NCBI GenBank assembly: GCA_900542715.1
Contig: UQOQ01000002.1
Location: 7,535 to 71,534 of the forward strand
Direction: 5' to 3'
Source: an uncultured Collinsella sp.
Lineage (GTDB): Bacteria; Actinomycetota; Coriobacteriia; Coriobacteriales; Coriobacteriaceae
Length of the DNA stretch: 64,000 nucleotides
The notes under the pieces were generated by a model. It was given only the letters and a program-made list of their open reading frames with translations. It ran no database searches and was not told the DNA's origin. Position 1 is the stretch's first letter. Every line of letters starts with the position of its first letter. Both the position numbers and the translations under genes were made by a program. Positions 58,698-64,000 of the stretch are shown here, piece by piece.

Positions 58698-60081
58698 AGA
58701 GCTCCACGCTTTCGGCGCCGTTGATGGTTAGGTCGCGCTCGTAGAAGGCGGTGAGAGCGCGGATGGCGTACATCACGTCGCGCACGCCGCCGGTCTCGTA
58801 GCTCGAGTGCATGGCAAGCTGCGGCAGGCCCACGTCCACGGCATGCATGCTCGCCTGCATATTGGACAGATTGCCCAGGGTAGAACCGCCCGCCATATCG
58901 CTCTTGTTGGCGAAGGCCTGCGTGGGCACGTCGGCGTCATCGCAGATGGCCTGGAACACCGCGCGGCTAAAGGCATCGGTGCAGTAGTGCTGGTTGGCGG
59001 CCTCCTTGATGACGATGCCGCCGTTGAGCACAACCTGGTTGCGAGCGTCGCACTTCTCGGCATGGTTGGGGTGCACGGCATGCGCGTTGTCGCAGCTCGC
59101 GAGCATCGATGCGGCAAGTGCGCGATGGTACGACTCGTCGTCAAAGCCCAGCGATCCGTTAATGCGGCGCAGCGCGTCGGCCAAGAAGGTAGACATGGCG
59201 CCCTGCTTGGTCTCGGAGCCGACCTCCTCGTTATCGAAGCAGCAGAAGACCGAGACGTCATGCGCGTTCTCGGCGCCCAAAAATGCCTGCAGCGAGGTGT
59301 AGGCGCAGGCCAGGTCGTCGAGCTTGGGCGTCGAGATAAACTCGTCGGCCCAGCCCCAAATGCGCGCATCCTGACGATTGACCAGGAACAGATCGCGGCC
59401 CAGGATCTGCTCGGGCTCAACGTCCAGTTCGTCAGCGATCAGGGCGTCAAAATCTCCCTGCTTAAGGTCACCGGCGCTGATGAGCGGGCACAGGTCGACG
59501 GCTCGGTTGGGAGCAAAGCCCTCGTTAACGCCGCGGTTCATGTGGATGGCAAGGCTCGGAATGATAGCGACCTCGCGCTCGGTGGCAAGCAGGCGGCTCT
59601 CAATACGGTCGCCCTCGCGTACCAACACGCGGCCCGCGAGCGCCAACGGGCGGTCGAACCAGGTGTAGTCGATCATGCCGCCGTAGGCCTCGGTGTTCAG
59701 GCGCAGTGTCTCGCCCGCGCCGTCAAGCTCGGGCACAGCCTTAACCTTAAACGTCGGCGAGTCGCTGTGCGACGCCGTAAGCTGAAAATGATAGTCACCG
59801 GCAACGCCATCCTCGCCCCACGTCGCGGCCAGGTCCTCGCCCACCTTAAAGGCAACAACGCTCGAGGTATTGCGCTGCGTGTAATAACGCCCGCCCGGCT
59901 CGATGTCCCATGCCGCATTCTCGGGCAGATAGGTAAAGCCCGCCTCGTCGAGCTCGGCCATAATGGTCGCCGCCGTATGGAACATGCTGGGGCATGCCTC
60001 AATAAAGTCGATAAGGTCGTTGGCAGCCTCGATATCGTCAGCCGTCACATGCGCGCGCTCGGGCGTTTCCTGATCCGTCAT
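58696..60081 (-). CDS. M18 family (aspartyl) aminopeptidase
   Basis: SHSDSP, TWFDR, LAIHM, KLDD, DNEEVGS, DNAHAVHPN, GGSTLG and AMHS motifs. Confidence 0.95.
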   Translation of the reverse strand: MTDQETPERAHVTADDIEAANDLIDFIEACPSMFHTAATIMAELDEAGFTYLPENAAWDIEPGGRYYTQRNTSSVVAFKVGEDLAATWGEDGVAGDYHFQLTASHSDSPTFKVKAVPELDGAGETLRLNTEAYGGMIDYTWFDRPLALAGRVLVREGDRIESRLLATEREVAIIPSLAIHMNRGVNEGFAPNRAVDLCPLISAGDLKQGDFDALIADELDVEPEQILGRDLFLVNRQDARIWGWADEFISTPKLDDLACAYTSLQAFLGAENAHDVSVFCCFDNEEVGSETKQGAMSTFLADALRRINGSLGFDDESYHRALAASMLASCDNAHAVHPNHAEKCDARNQVVLNGGIVIKEAANQHYCTDAFSRAVFQAICDDADVPTQAFANKSDMAGGSTLGNLSNMQASMHAVDVGLPQLAMHSSYETGGVRDVMYAIRALTAFYERDLTINGAESVEL

Positions 60082-60242
60082 GCTCTCCCCTTTCGCTGGG
60101 TTGATGGTCCCCTCCAGCATACCCCGCCACGCTAGTGCCGCACTCTTCATTCCGTGCTTAATTCCGCGCCGCTCACCAAGTTGAGCCATCATGCCCGCGC
60201 TCCTTTTGCGACAATTGCGCTAACAGGACGAGAGGAGCCGTC

Positions 60243-61328
60243 ATGAAGCCACGTAACATTGCTATCGCCTGCGGTGTCGCGGGAGCCGCCGTCGGCCTTG
60301 CCGCTGCCACCGGTATCGTTTATCGCAAGCAAATCAAGTCCGTCGCGTCGCTCAAACGCTTGACCGACTATGCGGATGGCTATGACCTGTACGCAATCGA
60401 CATCGCTAACGACTACGACCTCGAACGCATCATCGCCGTCGATGTGCGCGACGATCAGGCCTACATCGATGCTGTGGTGGCGCAGGTGTTGCCCGGTGTG
60501 CCGGCACATGTCCAGGCGCCCCAGTTTGCCTGCAGCGCTTTTGTCGCCGTAGATGCCGAAGGCCGCGTGCGTACCGGTCGCAATTACGACTTTAAGGACG
60601 ACACCTCGGCGCTGCTGGTGCGCAATCACCCACGCGGCGGCTATGCCTCCATCGGGTTTGCCGCCCTTAACAACCTGGGCGATAACACTCCGCTTGACTC
60701 CGTCGCCGGACGCGCCGCCGCACTCATGGGCCCGTTTGCCCAGCTCGACGGCGTCAACGAATGTGGCGTGTCCATTGCCGTGCTCACCCTGGATTCCAAA
60801 CCCTGTGACCAGGACACGCAGCGCCCCGTCATCAATACCTCGCTCGCCATCCGTCTGGTGCTCGACCGTGCCGCCACCACGCAAGAAGCTGTCGACCTGC
60901 TTTCCGCCTACGACATGCACGCCATGGCAGGACGCGATTACCACTTCTTTATAAACGACGCCGCCGGTGACGCGCGCGTAGTAGAGTGGGATCCGCGCGA
61001 TCCGGACCGCGCTTTCAAAGCGACTCCTGCAACCCAGGTTACGAACTTCTACGCCTGCTATGGCGACGAAGTGCTGCCTAACCAAAAGAATGGCGAGCTA
61101 GGCCATGGTAAAGAGCGCGCCGCCGCAATCGCCGATGTCCTCGACGCCCATACCGGCGCCCAAGACGAGGCAGTCGCTTGGAAGGCCCTACGCGCTGCAG
61201 CGCAAGAGCCCAATCCGGAAGACATCACCAGCAACACGCAGTGGTCGGTCGTCTTTGACAACACCGAGCCTGCTGCCGCCATCACGCTGCGCCGCCACTG
61301 GGGCGACATCGACGCATTCGCACTGTAA
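60243..61328 (+). CDS. Membrane-anchored Ntn-hydrolase (linear amide C-N hydrolase / C45-C59-like)
   Basis: N-terminal TM segment; internal ACSAF followed by GRNYD, DGVNECG, HFFIND, VTNF and TQWSVV. Confidence 0.8.
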   Translation: MKPRNIAIACGVAGAAVGLAAATGIVYRKQIKSVASLKRLTDYADGYDLYAIDIANDYDLERIIAVDVRDDQAYIDAVVAQVLPGVPAHVQAPQFACSAFVAVDAEGRVRTGRNYDFKDDTSALLVRNHPRGGYASIGFAALNNLGDNTPLDSVAGRAAALMGPFAQLDGVNECGVSIAVLTLDSKPCDQDTQRPVINTSLAIRLVLDRAATTQEAVDLLSAYDMHAMAGRDYHFFINDAAGDARVVEWDPRDPDRAFKATPATQVTNFYACYGDEVLPNQKNGELGHGKERAAAIADVLDAHTGAQDEAVAWKALRAAAQEPNPEDITSNTQWSVVFDNTEPAAAITLRRHWGDIDAFAL

Positions 61329-61468
61329 GGAGCCAGGCCCGTCGACTTTACGCTCGCCTGGCGTTGTTTACATTTCTATACGCTTGAGCTAACACGTTTT
61401 ACCCCCGTATCAACAGTGTGCGGGGGTAAACTTATGCGCATGTTATAACTTGCCCGGAAGGATTCATC

Positions 61469-62548
61469 ATGCTTAGGATCGGTCTTCTTACCAGTGGCGG
61501 CGACTGTCAAGCGCTCAACGCCACCATGCGCGGCATTGTCAAAACGCTTATGACCAATAGCGAAGAGCCTATTGAGATCTATGGTTTTGAGGACGGCTAC
61601 CAGGGCCTTATCTACAGCAGGTTCCGCGTCATGACGCCCGCCGATTTTAGCGGCATCCTCACCCGCGGCGGCACCATCCTGGGCACGAGCCGCACGCCGT
61701 TCAAGCGCCTGGACATTCCCGAGGCCGACGGCGTCGAGAAGGTGCCCGCAATGGTCCGCACCTATCATAAGCTGCAGCTCGACTGCCTGTTTATGCTGGG
61801 CGGTAACGGCTCCACCAAGACCGCCAACCGCCTGCGCGAAGAGGGCCTCAACGTTATCGCCCTGCCCAAGACCATCGATAACGACACCTGGGGCACCGAG
61901 CTGACGTTTGGCTTTACGAGCGCCATCGACGTCGCCACCAAGTGCATCGACGACATCCACACCACTGCCTCGAGTCACGGCCGCGTGTTTGTCATCGAGA
62001 TCATGGGCCACAAGGTCGGTTGGATTCCGCTGTATGCCGGCGTCGCGGGCGGCGCGGACGTCATCCTGATTCCCGAGATCCCCTACGACATGGATAACGT
62101 CATCAAGACCATCGAGCATCGCATGGAGACCGGCAGCCGCTTTACCATCGTAGCCGTCGCCGAGGGCGCCATCTCCAAGGAGGACGCGGCACTGTCCAAG
62201 AAGGAGTACAAGAAGAAGCTCGCCGAGCGCACGAGCCCGTCAATCGTGTACGACATCGCCAAGGAGATCGAGGCCAAGACCGGTCGCGAGACCCGCGTCG
62301 CCATCCCCGGTCACACGCAGCGCGGCGGCCAGCCCGACGCCCAGGACCGCATCTTTGCGACCCAGTGCGGCGTCGAGGCAGCGCTTGGCTGCCTACGCGG
62401 CGAGTTTGGCTACATGATTGCCCTGCGTGACGGCAAGATGTGCCACATGCCGCTCGAGGAGGTCGCCGGCAAGCTCAAGTTTGTCGACCCCCAGAGCGAT
62501 CTGGTACGCGAGGCCAAGGCGTTGGGCATCAGCTTCGGCGACGAATAG
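61469..62548 (+). CDS. pfkA: 6-phosphofructokinase
   Basis: TSGGD, GGTILGTSR, GGNGS, PKTIDND, EIMGH and GHTQRGG motifs. Confidence 0.96.
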   Translation: MLRIGLLTSGGDCQALNATMRGIVKTLMTNSEEPIEIYGFEDGYQGLIYSRFRVMTPADFSGILTRGGTILGTSRTPFKRLDIPEADGVEKVPAMVRTYHKLQLDCLFMLGGNGSTKTANRLREEGLNVIALPKTIDNDTWGTELTFGFTSAIDVATKCIDDIHTTASSHGRVFVIEIMGHKVGWIPLYAGVAGGADVILIPEIPYDMDNVIKTIEHRMETGSRFTIVAVAEGAISKEDAALSKKEYKKKLAERTSPSIVYDIAKEIEAKTGRETRVAIPGHTQRGGQPDAQDRIFATQCGVEAALGCLRGEFGYMIALRDGKMCHMPLEEVAGKLKFVDPQSDLVREAKALGISFGDE

Positions 62549-62571
62549 CCTCGGCTGGAATCCACCCCATC

Positions 62572-62668
62572 GGGCCCTCCGACCCCGCCCGACGTATTTC
62601 GGTTTGGCTCCTCCCTTGACTCCGTCAAAGGTCGCCAATCGAAATCGTCGGGCGGGGTCGGAGGGCCC
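62572..62668. repeat. Long nested palindrome downstream of pfkA
   Basis: Perfect 23-bp arms GGGCCCTCCGACCCCGCCCGACG (62572-62594/62646-62668) with imperfect inner stems. Confidence 0.85.
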
Positions 62669-62729
62669 TGCGTTTACATACTCGCCGGGGCTATTCGTCT
62701 TCTTGCTGCGGGTGCCTGGGCTGGAATTG

Positions 62730-62796
62730 AGTTGCGGTGAAATAGTTCCTGCTTAGTCCACAAATGGCTGAATCCAAAAACTATTCCACCGCAACT
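62730..62796. repeat. Palindrome family D, copy 2
   Basis: AGTTGCGGTGAAATAGTTCC-N27-AAAACTATTCCACCGCAACT. Confidence 0.8.
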
Positions 62797-62981
62797 TACT
62801 GAGTGGGGGCTCTTGGCTGCTACTTGCACTGACATTTGTCCTGAAATGGCTGGTCGTTAGGGATTGCTACCGGTAGTTGCGGTAGGGTTGGGGCAGATTC
62901 TAACTAGAAATGGTGGTCGCTACCGGTTGTTCTCGGCATACTCGGCTCATTCGATTCGACCATCAAACGAAAGGAACCACC

Positions 62982-63920
62982 ATGGATCTTGCGATGGCGC
63001 AGCGGCTCGTTGATCGCCGCAAGGCTGCCGGGCTTTCTCAGGAGGCGCTTGCCGCCCAGCTGGGTGTGAGTCGTCAGGCTGTCAGTAAATGGGAGCGCAG
63101 CGAATCCTCGCCCGATACCGATAACCTTATTGCGCTCGCCGCGCTGTATGGCGTGTCGCTGGATGAGCTGCTGTATGGGGAGGCGGTGGCTAGCGCTGAT
63201 GACTCACAGGCTGATGATGAGGCGCAGAACAGCAACGCCGGCACCAAAGCTTCAGATAAGGCTGAAGAGGCTGAGGCTTCTACTGAGCACGCTGATTGCA
63301 GCGATAAGCCACTTGTCGATATTTCCCTCGCGCGCGGTATCCACGTCATTGATCCCAATAAAGGCGAGGAAGTCCATGTTGGTTGGAGCGGCATCCATAT
63401 GACCAACGAGCGCAAGGGCGAAGAGGTGCATGTGGGGCCGGACGGCGTGCATATCGATACGCTTGAGGACGATGGACATAGCGTACGCACCAATGACGAC
63501 GGCACCGTCACCATCGACGGCGAGACGTTTTCCAGCTGGAAGGAAGCACACGACAAGCTCGACCATCATGGCAAGCATTTCCACACCAAGGTCGGACGTG
63601 CATGGAACAAATTCCCCTTCCCCGCACTTGTCACTCTCGCCTATCTGGTGCTCGGCATTGTCTACGGCACATGGGGCATGGGGCTTTTCCTCGTCTTTCT
63701 GGTTCCCGTCTACTACGCGATTGGTGACTTTATCGATCGGCGCCACCTGTCTAAGCTGATCAAGGTCATCTACCCGGCAGCCACCATCGCTTGGTTCCTC
63801 TACATGTGGCTCTGTTTGGGACAGCCCCATCCTGCATGGATCATCCTCATCACGATTCCCATCGTAAAGGCGCTCATGCGCTGGTGTCGCAAACAATGGA
63901 AGTGCCGCAAACAGGCCTAA
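62982..63920 (+). CDS. Xre HTH protein with an acidic linker and C-terminal TM helices
   Basis: GLSQEALAAQLGVSRQAVSKWE...PDTDNL; about 4 TM segments; RBS AAAGGAA before ATG 62982. Confidence 0.88.
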   Translation: MDLAMAQRLVDRRKAAGLSQEALAAQLGVSRQAVSKWERSESSPDTDNLIALAALYGVSLDELLYGEAVASADDSQADDEAQNSNAGTKASDKAEEAEASTEHADCSDKPLVDISLARGIHVIDPNKGEEVHVGWSGIHMTNERKGEEVHVGPDGVHIDTLEDDGHSVRTNDDGTVTIDGETFSSWKEAHDKLDHHGKHFHTKVGRAWNKFPFPALVTLAYLVLGIVYGTWGMGLFLVFLVPVYYAIGDFIDRRHLSKLIKVIYPAATIAWFLYMWLCLGQPHPAWIILITIPIVKALMRWCRKQWKCRKQA

Positions 63921-63970
63921 ACCGCCCCAACCAGCCGGCGCCACTCATCCGACACCGCCCGCCCCTTCCA

Positions 63971-63990
63971 AGTCGCGGTGATATAGGGAC
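63971..63990. repeat. Palindrome family D, left arm of copy 3 (cut by the window edge)
   Basis: AGTCGCGGTGATATAGGGAC. Confidence 0.6.
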
Positions 63991-64000
63991 TGTTTTGAGG

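Noticed and set aside
60243..61328. Canonical bile salt hydrolase (bsh)
   Set aside because: Lacks the N-terminal Met-Cys start and carries a TM anchor plus pro-region; only superfamily-level similarity is supportable.

Overview
This is a GC-rich chromosomal window from an anaerobic Actinomycetota bacterium. Gene content and codon style suggest Coriobacteriia, probably Collinsella-like; that assignment is inference only. Most of it is housekeeping and metabolic genes: FMN riboswitch-ribU-ECF ATPase, groES/groEL, two divergent amidohydrolases, amaP-DUF2273-asp23, yebC, lgt, nifU-like, dCMP deaminase, coaX, an OPT transporter, amtB-PII, dxs, a polar amino acid ABC operon with a gamma-glutamyl hydrolase, map, an M18 peptidase and pfkA. 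More unusual coding features are a sortase-anchored coiled-coil/CAP surface protein, a 1593-aa dehydratase-activator fusion resembling the anaerobic plasmalogen synthase PlsA/PlsR, a degenerate GGDEF-REC-HD-GYP protein with an Hpt partner, a RelB-PIN toxin-antitoxin pair, and several AT-richer islets. I found no tRNA, rRNA, cas, integrase or transposase genes. The main unexplained signal is non-coding. Many intergenic spaces hold palindromic elements of several families: a six-unit alternating-orientation array at 42.25-42.47 kb, a dispersed same-orientation CCTGTCCC hairpin family that often supplies stop codons, palindromes with 18-20-bp arms, long perfect hairpins, and a 95-bp tandem repeat with compensatory base changes. 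All calls are by eye from sequence and motifs, with no database searches.
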